Shown here piece by piece: positions 53,228 to 62,067 of a stretch of DNA of 64,000 bases. Within the stretch, counting starts at the first letter, position 1. Each line of letters begins with the position of its first letter. The translations under genes and the position numbers were made by a program. Location of the stretch: NCBI GenBank assembly GCA_964607165.1, contig CAZSIT010000003.1, forward strand, positions 78,384 through 142,383, given 5' to 3'. The notes below the pieces were generated by a model, which was not told where the DNA came from, did no database searches, and was given only the letters and a program-made list of their open reading frames with translations. Source of the DNA: an uncultured Ignavibacteria bacterium (GTDB lineage: Bacteria; Zixibacteria; MSB-5A5; DSPP01).

Positions 53228-54151
53228 ATGATTGCGAAGATTACAGAGATTGCGAAAATTGGAAAAGTTTTATTGCTGGTCATAGCCGTTTTGCCGGGAG
53301 TTTTTGGGTCGGCGGTAGCAGAGAGTTCACCAATATCGATTGAACAGCTTTATCGACACCAAACAATGTATTCAGATGGTAAGCTCCTCCAGTTTACTCA
53401 AAACGACAGACAGGAAATCGCTCCAGCCATTACTGAAAAAGGTCAAAAACAAAAATCGGTGGCGATGGCGGCGGGGCTTTCGCTTTTGGTTCCCGGAGCG
53501 GGGCAATTTTACGTCGGCGAGAAAGTACGTGCCGCCCCCTTTTTCCTGGCTGACATAGGCGGTTGGGTTACCTACTTTGGTTTCCGAAGCCAGGGTAAGA
53601 GGCGGGAACGGGATTACCAGGCTTTTGCTGATATGCATTGGGACACCAGCCGGTATTTTGCTTTTCTGGATACAGCCCTCGGGATTTCTTCCCGTTCGGA
53701 CTTTGACCCGGTTACCCGAAATTACGACAGCCACGATTACTTTCCAGATTCAGTTGCCAACTTGGTGATAGATACAATTAAAAACCCTAATTTTGTTTTC
53801 GCTCATCATATTCCGGCTAAAGAGGGCGGTCGGTTGGAAAAAAATTTCGAGTATTATGAAAACTTTGGAAAATACGACCAGTTTTTTGCCGGGTGGGACG
53901 ATTACAGTACCGGTGTCAACAGAAGCACCTATAGAAGGATGCGCGCGAAGGCCAACGATTCATTTTCCAAATCCAAGATAGGCATTATTGTTTCTATGGC
54001 CGACCGGCTGGTGGCGGCCTTTGACGCCGCTCTGGCGGCCAAGCGATTTAACAAAAAAATAAACAAGACCAACGAAATCGAGATTGGTTTTCGAATGACT
54101 CGTTACAACGGCGCGCGGATGCCGAAACTTTTGGCCACTTATAAGTTTTAA
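53228..54151 (+). CDS. Hypothetical membrane protein, paralog A (LLVPGAGQFYVG motif)
   Basis: Signal/TM region. ..AAGLSLLVPGAGQFYVGEKVRAAPFFLADIGGWVTYFGF.. and C-terminal ..RLVAAFDAALAAKRFNKK... Resembles DUF5683/TM2-like small-helix proteins. Confidence 0.7.
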   Translation: MIAKITEIAKIGKVLLLVIAVLPGVFGSAVAESSPISIEQLYRHQTMYSDGKLLQFTQNDRQEIAPAITEKGQKQKSVAMAAGLSLLVPGAGQFYVGEKVRAAPFFLADIGGWVTYFGFRSQGKRRERDYQAFADMHWDTSRYFAFLDTALGISSRSDFDPVTRNYDSHDYFPDSVANLVIDTIKNPNFVFAHHIPAKEGGRLEKNFEYYENFGKYDQFFAGWDDYSTGVNRSTYRRMRAKANDSFSKSKIGIIVSMADRLVAAFDAALAAKRFNKKINKTNEIEIGFRMTRYNGARMPKLLATYKF

Positions 54152-54152
54152 A

Positions 54153-54902
54153 ATGAGAAGGCTGGCATTGTTTTTTCTTGTTTTTTTGATTTCCCCGGGT
54201 GCTTTTTCATTGGCGGCGGGGTCGGATAAGTCTTTGATTTTTCAAAATGCTTATCCTATTCAAGCCGAGCTTGCTTCTTTTAAGCTGGACACGCTTTCGG
54301 AAAAGGAGCCCACAAATTTATCCAAGGAAAAGGGTGCTATTTCGACCTGGAAGGCGGTTGGCCTCTCGGTGTTGTTACCGGGAAGCGGGCACTGGTATTT
54401 GGGAAACCGAAATCGGGCAAAAGTTTTCTTTGGCATCGAGGCGGCAGGATGGGGAAGTTTTGCCGGGTTTTTGTGGTTTTCGAATCAGCGGGAAAAAGAT
54501 TATCAAAATTATGCCGTAGCGCGCGCGGGTGTTTATGCGCTTGGCAAGGATGAACAGTTTTGGCGGAGTCTGACTTTTTACGAAAACCGGGACGAGTATA
54601 ACAAGCTTGGGCCGATTACCAGCGCAAACAACCCCTTTTACCCCGAAGACGCCTCGTACAACTGGCAGTGGGATTCTCCCGCCTCCCAGGCGCAATACCG
54701 GCTTTTGCGGAATTCGAGCAAAACGGCTCATCGGCGGGCTATTTTTACTTTGGCTTTGCTGGGGGTTGAGCGATTAGTCGCCGCTGCAGATGCCTATCGA
54801 ATTGCTAAAAAGATTAACTCCAAGAATAAAGCCGATAACTTGGAAGTCTATTTTGAGCCGGAGCCAACCGGAGGACGGTTGGTTCTTATACGCAGTTTTT
54901 GA
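54153..54902 (+). CDS. Hypothetical membrane protein, paralog B (LLPGSGHWYLG motif)
   Basis: ..AVGLSVLLPGSGHWYLGNRNRAKVFFGIEAAGWGSFAGF.. and ..RLVAAADAYRIAKKINSK.. parallel the preceding gene. 1-nt gap to it. Confidence 0.7.
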   Translation: MRRLALFFLVFLISPGAFSLAAGSDKSLIFQNAYPIQAELASFKLDTLSEKEPTNLSKEKGAISTWKAVGLSVLLPGSGHWYLGNRNRAKVFFGIEAAGWGSFAGFLWFSNQREKDYQNYAVARAGVYALGKDEQFWRSLTFYENRDEYNKLGPITSANNPFYPEDASYNWQWDSPASQAQYRLLRNSSKTAHRRAIFTLALLGVERLVAAADAYRIAKKINSKNKADNLEVYFEPEPTGGRLVLIRSF

Positions 54903-54904
54903 GA

Positions 54905-55837
54905 ATGAAAAACCTCTCTTCGATCGCAAAAAGAAGAGGGGCAATGCTGTTGCTGCTCATTTTTCACTTTTCTTCCGTTTTATCTCAACCAAATGGCTCA
55001 AAACCCAATTTCCAGATTCGGAAAGTTGCGACCATTCAGCTTGATTTTGGAAAGGAAAAAGTATCCGGGCCGACCGATTTTAGAGTCGACCTAAACGGCA
55101 ATATTTATTTGCTGAACTACTCTTCAGGGAAGCTTTTCAGGATGGATTCAACCGGCAAATTTTTGCGCAGCGTGGCAGTTGCCAGTACTTTTTACCCAAC
55201 CGAGGTTGGCTTTACAATAAGCCGGGAGGGGGACCTTTTCATTGCCGATTCAAAGGAAAAGTTTATCTATCGTTATGATGCCGGGTTGGACTTAATTGGC
55301 AAACTACGATTGGTCGGCTCCGACCAATTTGAAAACATCTATGATTTTTTAGCCGTTTCCTGGGGAGATTTGCTTTTGAGTTGCGGGAAAAAGCCGGAGT
55401 TGTGGCGGCTGGAACCTGCCGGTAAAAGCTTCACTTTTGAAGAGGTCGGCAGTCACGAGCCGCAGTTTTACTTTTCTCTTTCAGAAATCCCAGGAAAAAA
55501 ATTGGTCGCTTATGACAATTTTAACAAGGCTCTGGTGTTTCTGGATCGGTTTGGGAATCGGGTGAAAGAAGTTCCGTCCCGACCGCTTATGAAACTGGGG
55601 GGCACGGACCTCGGCTTAATTTGCACCTCCTGGTCAGATGACAGCCTTACCATTATGGATTCCAGCGGTTATGCCGCCGTTAGCTTCACGCCGCGGCAAC
55701 TGGCTTTGGGATTTGAAAAGGTTAAAAACTTTGTGACCGTAGGAAAAAGAGTATATCTGTTGGGGGATTCGCTTAAAATTGAGGTTTTAGAGCTCTTAGA
55801 AGCCAAACCTGAAGATTCAATCCCTGGAAAAAAATGA
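54905..55837 (+). CDS. Hypothetical secreted protein, NHL/beta-propeller-like
   Basis: Signal peptide ..GAMLLLLIFHFSSVLSQP. Repeated ..G.I(Y/F)..D.. strands (NGNIYLLN, EGDLFIADS). ATG 54905 lies just after the preceding stop. Confidence 0.65.
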   Translation: MKNLSSIAKRRGAMLLLLIFHFSSVLSQPNGSKPNFQIRKVATIQLDFGKEKVSGPTDFRVDLNGNIYLLNYSSGKLFRMDSTGKFLRSVAVASTFYPTEVGFTISREGDLFIADSKEKFIYRYDAGLDLIGKLRLVGSDQFENIYDFLAVSWGDLLLSCGKKPELWRLEPAGKSFTFEEVGSHEPQFYFSLSEIPGKKLVAYDNFNKALVFLDRFGNRVKEVPSRPLMKLGGTDLGLICTSWSDDSLTIMDSSGYAAVSFTPRQLALGFEKVKNFVTVGKRVYLLGDSLKIEVLELLEAKPEDSIPGKK

Positions 55838-56373
55838 TTGAATTAGAGCCGCTGAAACGGAGCGACCTGCCGCTTTTGGCCAGCTGGGGCGGGCAGTCAG
55901 AGTTTTTGATTCAATGGGCGGGGCCGATTTTTGACCATCCTTTGGATGAAAAACAACTTGAAAAATATTTCGACGCCATGGAGGCAAGTCCAGACGCGAG
56001 AAAAATGTACAAAGCGGTCCGGGTTGGTTCGGAAGAAATGGTCGGTCACATAGAACTGGATAGAATCAATCCCAAGACCGGTTCGGCCATCGTGGAGCAC
56101 GTTATCGTAGGCGATCCGGCTATGCGGGGGAAAGGGGTTGGCGGGTTGATGATGAAAAAGATTTTGGAAGTTGGATTTGGGCAGTTGGGGCTGCACCGGA
56201 TTTCCCTTAATGTTTACGATTTCAACCATTCCGCTATCGCCTGCTATGAAAAAGCCGGTTTCATCAAAGAAGGGCTTTTGCGCGAAGCGGTTCGGGTGGG
56301 AAATCAATACTGGAGCGTTTTCTTGATGAGCGTTTTGGAGACGGAGTGGAGGAGCTTACAGGCGGCAGGGTGA
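55834..56373 (+). CDS. GNAT-family N-acetyltransferase (RimJ/RimL-like)
   Basis: ..GHIELDRINPKTGSAIVEHVIVGDPAMRGKGVGGLMMKKILEVGF..LHRISLNVYDFNHSAIACYEKAGF... ATGA overlap upstream. Confidence 0.88.
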   Translation: MIELEPLKRSDLPLLASWGGQSEFLIQWAGPIFDHPLDEKQLEKYFDAMEASPDARKMYKAVRVGSEEMVGHIELDRINPKTGSAIVEHVIVGDPAMRGKGVGGLMMKKILEVGFGQLGLHRISLNVYDFNHSAIACYEKAGFIKEGLLREAVRVGNQYWSVFLMSVLETEWRSLQAAG

Positions 56374-59300
56374 TGCTGGCAGAAGTAAAAATTCGCGGTT
56401 TTGCGATTCTTCTGGTGGTTGCGCTCTCCTGTTTTGCTTTAGTTCACTCACCGGAAGCTAAACCAGCTTTCTTTTTCGAATCGGATTTGAATATTGAAAA
56501 TTATCAAGATGCAGTAGGATTTTTTTCAGTTGCCCAAAAAACTACCGATTATCAAATCGATTACGAGTCGGGCTTTATCTCTGGGGGGGCCACAAATCTT
56601 TTGGGGGGAGGTTCGGGTAGAACTCCAATTCTTTCGCTTAACCTGTTGCCCCGCTATCAATTGCGGAGCCTTCCCGTGTCGGGAAATGAAAATCAAGTTT
56701 CAACCCTTACAACATCGCCAACTCTGCCGAAAATTCGACAACCGACGGTTAGCAAAGAAGAGTTGTTCATCTCCGGTCGGAAATCTTTTGGATTTTCCTA
56801 TTCCCCATCCGGCGAGGCTGGTTTTCAACAAAGCCTGGCGTTGGCCTTAAAGGGTAAGCTTTCCGAAAAGGTCGGTTTTGCGGCCAACTTATCCGACCGG
56901 AACCTACCTTCCGGCTCAGGCAGTTTTTCCAAACGAATAGACCAATTCGACCAGCTTGGGTTAGCATTTGACTTTCCGCAAGGGAGCTTGAGTCTTGGAG
57001 ACGTTTTCTTTAAAAGCAATTCAGGCAATTTATTGAATTTTGAGCGAAAAATTTCGGGGCTTGGTTTCGCTTTTAACGATTCCAGGGAAAGCTTGGGTGT
57101 AGCTTTTGGCTCCGGGCCGGGGGAATTTCGAACAGTCGAACTGTCCGGTCAGGAAGGAAAACAGGGGCCGTATAGTATTGCATCGAGCCGGATATTTATA
57201 ATTCCTGGAAGCGAGAAGGTTTATTTGGATGGAGAACTTTTGACATCCGGGCGGGAAGCGGATTATGAGATGGATTCCGAGCGCGGCGCCCTGACTTTTT
57301 CGCCTCGGCATCCCATAAGTAATTTCTCGCGCATACGCTTGGAGTACGAATTTCAAAGCGGGCCGTATGCCAAAAATATCTCGGCCGCGCGTTCAGCAAC
57401 CGGTTTGTTCAATAACAAGTTCAAGTTTCGCGCAGGATATCTTGGCAGCAAGGACAAGCTGGATTCTCCTCTGATGAAAAGTTTAAGCTCCGAGGAAAGG
57501 GAGCGGCTGGCAAGCACCGGGGCGGATTCATCGGAAGCGGTTAGAGATGGGGCAGTATTCGTTGGAGCCGGCAAGGGAGATTACTCGGCCTTTTTAGATT
57601 CAACGGGCAATCGGCAATACCGGTACGTCGGAAGCAGTAAAGGAGATTACAGCGTCAGTTTTTCCTTAGCTCGGGGGGGGCCGGGAGATTATCGGTATTT
57701 GGGCGGAGGGATTTACGAGTTTGTGGGCACAGGCAGAGGTTCTTACCTCCCGATTCTGTATTTACCGGTTCCTACTTCACAAACTGGGGCTAACCTAGGA
57801 ATCGAGTTTGCTCCTACCAACCTCGCTACTTTTTTAGAATTGTCTCTCGGAGAAACAAATCGAAATCTATTTTCCAGCCAAGGGGGGGTCAAGTCAAGCG
57901 GCACAGCCTTTTTGGGAGGGATTAGCTGGCAGAATTCCGATGAGCAAAGTCTGAAAGTTGAGGCAAAATTCAGAGGGCGGGAAGCGGATTATCAATTCCT
58001 CGGTAATAAAGATGAAAGCGATTTCGCCTACCGCTGGAATCTTTCTCTCTCGGAGGAGCGATTAGGTCAAACCCAAGGGGTAGTTTCGATGACGTCCAAA
58101 TGGAGTTGGGGCCAAAGCTGGTTGAATTTGGGGGGGCTTTCACTTTCGAATCAAAAGCAGAGAGGATTGGGAGAATCGGAATTCTTGTTATCTCCTTTGA
58201 CCTGGCTTGCGTTCAAAACCGAAACGCAAGTTGGAGGTTCAGGTTCCCGGTCCGGTTTTTATCGAACAAAGAATTCGGTAACCCTCCGTTGGGGAAACCT
58301 TGCCTTATCATCGGCCATCGAGCGCGAGCGGGCCTATCCTTATCTTGGGAGCAACTTTGAAATTAGACAGAGCCTAGGCCAGCGGTTGGAATATAAAACC
58401 TATTTTTTGGAAGCTTCACTTGGAAACAGGGATGGATATGGGAATTCAATCAATTCCGCTGGAACGAGTAGTCGAAACTGGGGACGATTATCCCGTTTTA
58501 ACGCAATTCGTTTGGGGAGCAAGCCGGTCAGTTGGAAAGGCAAATTTACCAGCGAAGGGAATTTGGGTTGGAGGCAAACCACTTTGGAGAGCAAAAAAAT
58601 TAATCGACTCTATCTTTTTTTAAAGCAAAGCTATCAAGAAGGAGGGTGGAGAGTAAACTATTCACAAGAACTGATGCCAATTCAGTCCCCAAATGAAATT
58701 TATTCTTACCTGGATGTCGGTCGTGGCAACGGCAACTATCGATATGAAAATGGCGGATACGTTTCCGACCCATACGGCAATTTTACTTTAGTTTCGGAGG
58801 CGGCGGGTGAGACTTTGGCCGTTTCGCGAACGAGGCAGAATTGGGAGGTAGTCTGGGAACCGTATCGTAATTTTGCTTCTACTCCTACTTTCTGGTCGCA
58901 GGTTTCGTACAGGGCATTATTTAGCTTTGATGGAAACTTCAGTAAGACTATGGGAGCTGTTAATATCTTTCCAGTCTTTGGTATTAAAAATAGCCGCCGG
59001 CACGAATTAGAATTTCGCCAAACCGCAAGTTATTTGCCGATATCGCGCAAGCTTAGAATCGATTTTTCTTGGACTGAAAAAAGCAGCAAGCGGAGCTATT
59101 CGGCTTTTAGTGCCAGTTTGCCTTTATCTTCTACCGGCACCCTTAGAAGCGAACGCAGGGTCGAATTGAATAGCTCGCTATATGGGCAGAAAATTACGCA
59201 AAATTACAGCCTTGGTTATCTGAAAAAAAATTCCGGTTCAGATTTTTGGTTGCCTTACCAAATACAAGGGGGAGATATTAAATGCGAATGGTTGTATTCC

Positions 59301-59645
59301 TTCAACCGCACCGTTACCACTTCTTGCGGGGGCCGATTTTATCAGGATAAAGAGCGAATTAGTGGAAAACAAGCCCGTTTGGTTTCCGCTTCTCCCAAGC
59401 TAATTATCTCACTTCCCGAAAAAGGGAGGGCGGAAGCTGGAATTTCTGTCGCCTCTGTTTCCGGCAATCCTGTTTCCTTTGAACAGGCGGAAGGAAATTT
59501 GAAGGGATTGAATTGGGACTATAACTTGACTTTTGATTACCGTTTGGGGTCAAAAGTTTCGGCTTCCTTATCGTATGTTGCCAGCCAGAGGCCGGTTTTG
59601 GGTAAAAGCCAGCGAGCCAACACCCATTTGAGCTATCTTTTCTAA
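56373..59645 (+). CDS. Large (~1090 aa) hypothetical outer-membrane protein
   Basis: ATG 56373 gives signal MLAEVKIRGFAILLVVALSCFALVHS. Beta-rich and Gly/Ser/Tyr-rich throughout. C-terminus ..NTHLSYLF has the OMP-type terminal Phe. TGATG and TAATG overlaps with the neighbours. Confidence 0.7.
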   Translation: MLAEVKIRGFAILLVVALSCFALVHSPEAKPAFFFESDLNIENYQDAVGFFSVAQKTTDYQIDYESGFISGGATNLLGGGSGRTPILSLNLLPRYQLRSLPVSGNENQVSTLTTSPTLPKIRQPTVSKEELFISGRKSFGFSYSPSGEAGFQQSLALALKGKLSEKVGFAANLSDRNLPSGSGSFSKRIDQFDQLGLAFDFPQGSLSLGDVFFKSNSGNLLNFERKISGLGFAFNDSRESLGVAFGSGPGEFRTVELSGQEGKQGPYSIASSRIFIIPGSEKVYLDGELLTSGREADYEMDSERGALTFSPRHPISNFSRIRLEYEFQSGPYAKNISAARSATGLFNNKFKFRAGYLGSKDKLDSPLMKSLSSEERERLASTGADSSEAVRDGAVFVGAGKGDYSAFLDSTGNRQYRYVGSSKGDYSVSFSLARGGPGDYRYLGGGIYEFVGTGRGSYLPILYLPVPTSQTGANLGIEFAPTNLATFLELSLGETNRNLFSSQGGVKSSGTAFLGGISWQNSDEQSLKVEAKFRGREADYQFLGNKDESDFAYRWNLSLSEERLGQTQGVVSMTSKWSWGQSWLNLGGLSLSNQKQRGLGESEFLLSPLTWLAFKTETQVGGSGSRSGFYRTKNSVTLRWGNLALSSAIERERAYPYLGSNFEIRQSLGQRLEYKTYFLEASLGNRDGYGNSINSAGTSSRNWGRLSRFNAIRLGSKPVSWKGKFTSEGNLGWRQTTLESKKINRLYLFLKQSYQEGGWRVNYSQELMPIQSPNEIYSYLDVGRGNGNYRYENGGYVSDPYGNFTLVSEAAGETLAVSRTRQNWEVVWEPYRNFASTPTFWSQVSYRALFSFDGNFSKTMGAVNIFPVFGIKNSRRHELEFRQTASYLPISRKLRIDFSWTEKSSKRSYSAFSASLPLSSTGTLRSERRVELNSSLYGQKITQNYSLGYLKKNSGSDFWLPYQIQGGDIKCEWLYSFNRTVTTSCGGRFYQDKERISGKQARLVSASPKLIISLPEKGRAEAGISVASVSGNPVSFEQAEGNLKGLNWDYNLTFDYRLGSKVSASLSYVASQRPVLGKSQRANTHLSYLF

Positions 59646-61144
59646 TGATTAAAAAAGTGTTTATACCTGGTTCTTTTATTTTTGGAATTTGCTTGCACGT
59701 TGTCTCCGGGAGCGAAATGTCCATCGGGTCACCCGATTCCTCACTGATTCTCAAGGAAGTAGGTTCAGTTCAAAGCGATTCCACTTTTGAGCATTGGAAA
59801 AGAAACTCACTTGAGCAATGGGCTGGAAAGCCGGCAACCAGGGAAAATGTAGAGACTCTTATTGATGAGCTATTGCATTTTTATTCCCAGAGAGGTTTTC
59901 CATTTGCCGAAGTTACTCCTTCGGTCACAAAGAGCGGTGACAACTGGGCTGAACTGCGGCTTTCAATAATTACCGGGCCGGAAGTTTATATCTCCCAGCT
60001 TGGTTTTGCCGGTTTCTCTTCAGGGGAGCAAAAACAGTTGTCACGGATGCTGGATTTTTATCCCGGTGTTTTTGATGAGCGGGAAATTGATGATTGGAAA
60101 AGACAGCTCGAACGCTATCCCCAATTTGCCTGGAAAGGAGAAACCAAAATCGTTCCCGTTCCGGATTTTTCTTCAAGCCGGCTGGAAGCGCCCGTGGTGC
60201 GGAAGGAAAAGAACAAAGTAGAAGGAGGATTGGGTTATTTGCCATCCAATTCCGAAAAAGGCCCATTCGGAGACCTTTCCATCCGGCTGGTCACCCTGGG
60301 GAAAATCGGGCGGGAGGTTAGTTTTGATTGGCGAAAACCGAATTCCGGCTCGCGGCTCTTGTCGGTCGGGTACCAGGATTTCTTCCTGTCTCCATCTCCA
60401 TTTTATGTTTTGGCGAATATTGGAGAAGAAGAGAAGGAAAATCGATATTTTAAATTTTCTGCCGGCGGCGAAATTTCAGCGGTTTTGACGAGCCGATGGA
60501 AGTGGGGCTTGGGTTTCAGCTACGAAAAAATCACCCCCCGGTTTGAAAGCGGCATACAAGACTCGAGTTATCCAGCGCGTCAGTATTCTTTCGCAGGGAA
60601 ATTGGAGTTAGGGAAAAGTTCTTTAGCTTCCGAAGGGCTATTTTTGAGCGCTGGCGGCCGGATTGCTCAAAAAAAGGTTTTTTCTCCTATCGGACCAAAA
60701 AGCGGGATGCCCGCAAGGTTGGAATTGCAAGCGGCCGGGGCCGTGAAGCTTTCGGGAAGTTGGAGGCTGTATCTGGAGGGAAAAGGAAAGGCGCTTTTTA
60801 TTCCTTCTTTTCTTTTTACCCCTTCAGATTTGTTCTATTTGGGAGGGTTTGGCACCTTGCGCGGCTATCCCGATGAAAGCTTGGTGGCCACTCGTTACTT
60901 GCTTGGACGGGCAGAGCCCCGGTTTTATTTTGGTACCGACAATTTTTTGTTCGGATTTTTTGACTATGGGTACTTGTCGGTTGCCAAAAACTTACCCGGA
61001 GTTTTAGCTTCCAATAGATTTAAACTGTCCAGAGGCCTGGGGATTTCGGCCGGTAGCGGTCGTTTGATTCTCGCTTTTGGATGGAGTGAAAAGGCGAAAT
61101 TGAAGGATGGAATGGTCTACGTTCGTTTGTCGGGTGAACTGTAG
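59645..61144 (+). CDS. Omp85/BamA-family protein (POTRA + surface-antigen barrel)
   Basis: POTRA-like ..ENVETLIDELLHFYSQRGFPFAEVTP... Barrel motif ..DLFYLGGFGTLRGYPDESL... Confidence 0.85.
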   Translation: MIKKVFIPGSFIFGICLHVVSGSEMSIGSPDSSLILKEVGSVQSDSTFEHWKRNSLEQWAGKPATRENVETLIDELLHFYSQRGFPFAEVTPSVTKSGDNWAELRLSIITGPEVYISQLGFAGFSSGEQKQLSRMLDFYPGVFDEREIDDWKRQLERYPQFAWKGETKIVPVPDFSSSRLEAPVVRKEKNKVEGGLGYLPSNSEKGPFGDLSIRLVTLGKIGREVSFDWRKPNSGSRLLSVGYQDFFLSPSPFYVLANIGEEEKENRYFKFSAGGEISAVLTSRWKWGLGFSYEKITPRFESGIQDSSYPARQYSFAGKLELGKSSLASEGLFLSAGGRIAQKKVFSPIGPKSGMPARLELQAAGAVKLSGSWRLYLEGKGKALFIPSFLFTPSDLFYLGGFGTLRGYPDESLVATRYLLGRAEPRFYFGTDNFLFGFFDYGYLSVAKNLPGVLASNRFKLSRGLGISAGSGRLILAFGWSEKAKLKDGMVYVRLSGEL

Positions 61145-61531
61145 TTATTGTTTCTCGGTGACGGAATAGGTGGGAATGGAAGCTTTTTCCAAAAGCTGCT
61201 GACAGGTGGCCTGGTGACGGCGGCAGATTTCGAACGGGCGCTCTCCAAACTTTAGTTTTCCTTCCAGAGTTTCGCGAACCTTAAAAAGATTCTCCAGGGT
61301 TGGCATATGGTAGTCGGCGCCGATTTCGCGGAAGGTGGCCTTTACCAGAGCCGCGGTCATACGGTCCAGCTCGCATACTTTGGAGTCGTGTCTTACAACC
61401 GCCTTGCCATTCTCCATTATGGTGCGATTGGTCAAACAGAAACTTTCCAAAAGCCCGTCGCGCGCTTCCAGAATGGAAAGGTTGTTTTTCTGCAACCGGG
61501 CGTTCAGGTTTTTCTGCGTCAAATCTTCCAT
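61145..61531 (-). CDS. Hypothetical protein (128 aa)
   Basis: Intact ORF with no recognisable motif. Its stop abuts the stop of the convergent Omp85 gene with zero spacing. Confidence 0.5.
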   Translation of the reverse strand: MEDLTQKNLNARLQKNNLSILEARDGLLESFCLTNRTIMENGKAVVRHDSKVCELDRMTAALVKATFREIGADYHMPTLENLFKVRETLEGKLKFGERPFEICRRHQATCQQLLEKASIPTYSVTEKQ

Positions 61532-61664
61532 CTCTATTTATTTTTCGTCTATTTGCTTGGTTTTCTTTAGCTTGGAACAACAAAAATTTGAGGAGGTAGG
61601 AAGTTCTTCTGCCGACAGCTTGCAAAATTTCAAACTTTAGGTTAAATTGTGCGTAAGAGTGAGT

Positions 61665-61949
61665 ATGGAGAAGCGATTGCAAGGTAAAGCGCGCTGGGTT
61701 CTGGCTGGCTGGATTTTATTTTTGGCGCTGGTCTTTCTGCACCCCTTATTTTTGGAAACCTTTGGCAAAGAGCACCCGCCCGATTGCCCGCTTTGCGTTC
61801 ATTATACTTCAGCTTCCGCCATTATCCTATCCATCTTTGTTCTTCCGTTTTTTGTCTTCCTCGCCTATTTTCTGTTTTCGGTTTTTCGGCCGTTAACTTC
61901 GGTTGTCTTTGTAGTTTCTCCTGGCCGGGCTCCGCCGACACTTCTCTAA
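61665..61949 (+). CDS. Hypothetical small membrane protein with CPLC motif
   Basis: Two hydrophobic helices flank ..HPPDCPLCVHY... Start ATG 61665 (MEKRLQGK..). Upstream of the OM protein and metal-binding protein. Confidence 0.5.
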   Translation: MEKRLQGKARWVLAGWILFLALVFLHPLFLETFGKEHPPDCPLCVHYTSASAIILSIFVLPFFVFLAYFLFSVFRPLTSVVFVVSPGRAPPTLL

Positions 61950-62067
61950 ATTTTCAGTAAGCAGTTTCTGCTTTCATAGTTTTAGCAACAACCCTGCATA
62001 GCTCTTGGTTTGTGGCGTTTGTTGCTTGTGAAAATCCGAGTCGTTGGAATTTGGAAAGGAGGAGAAT

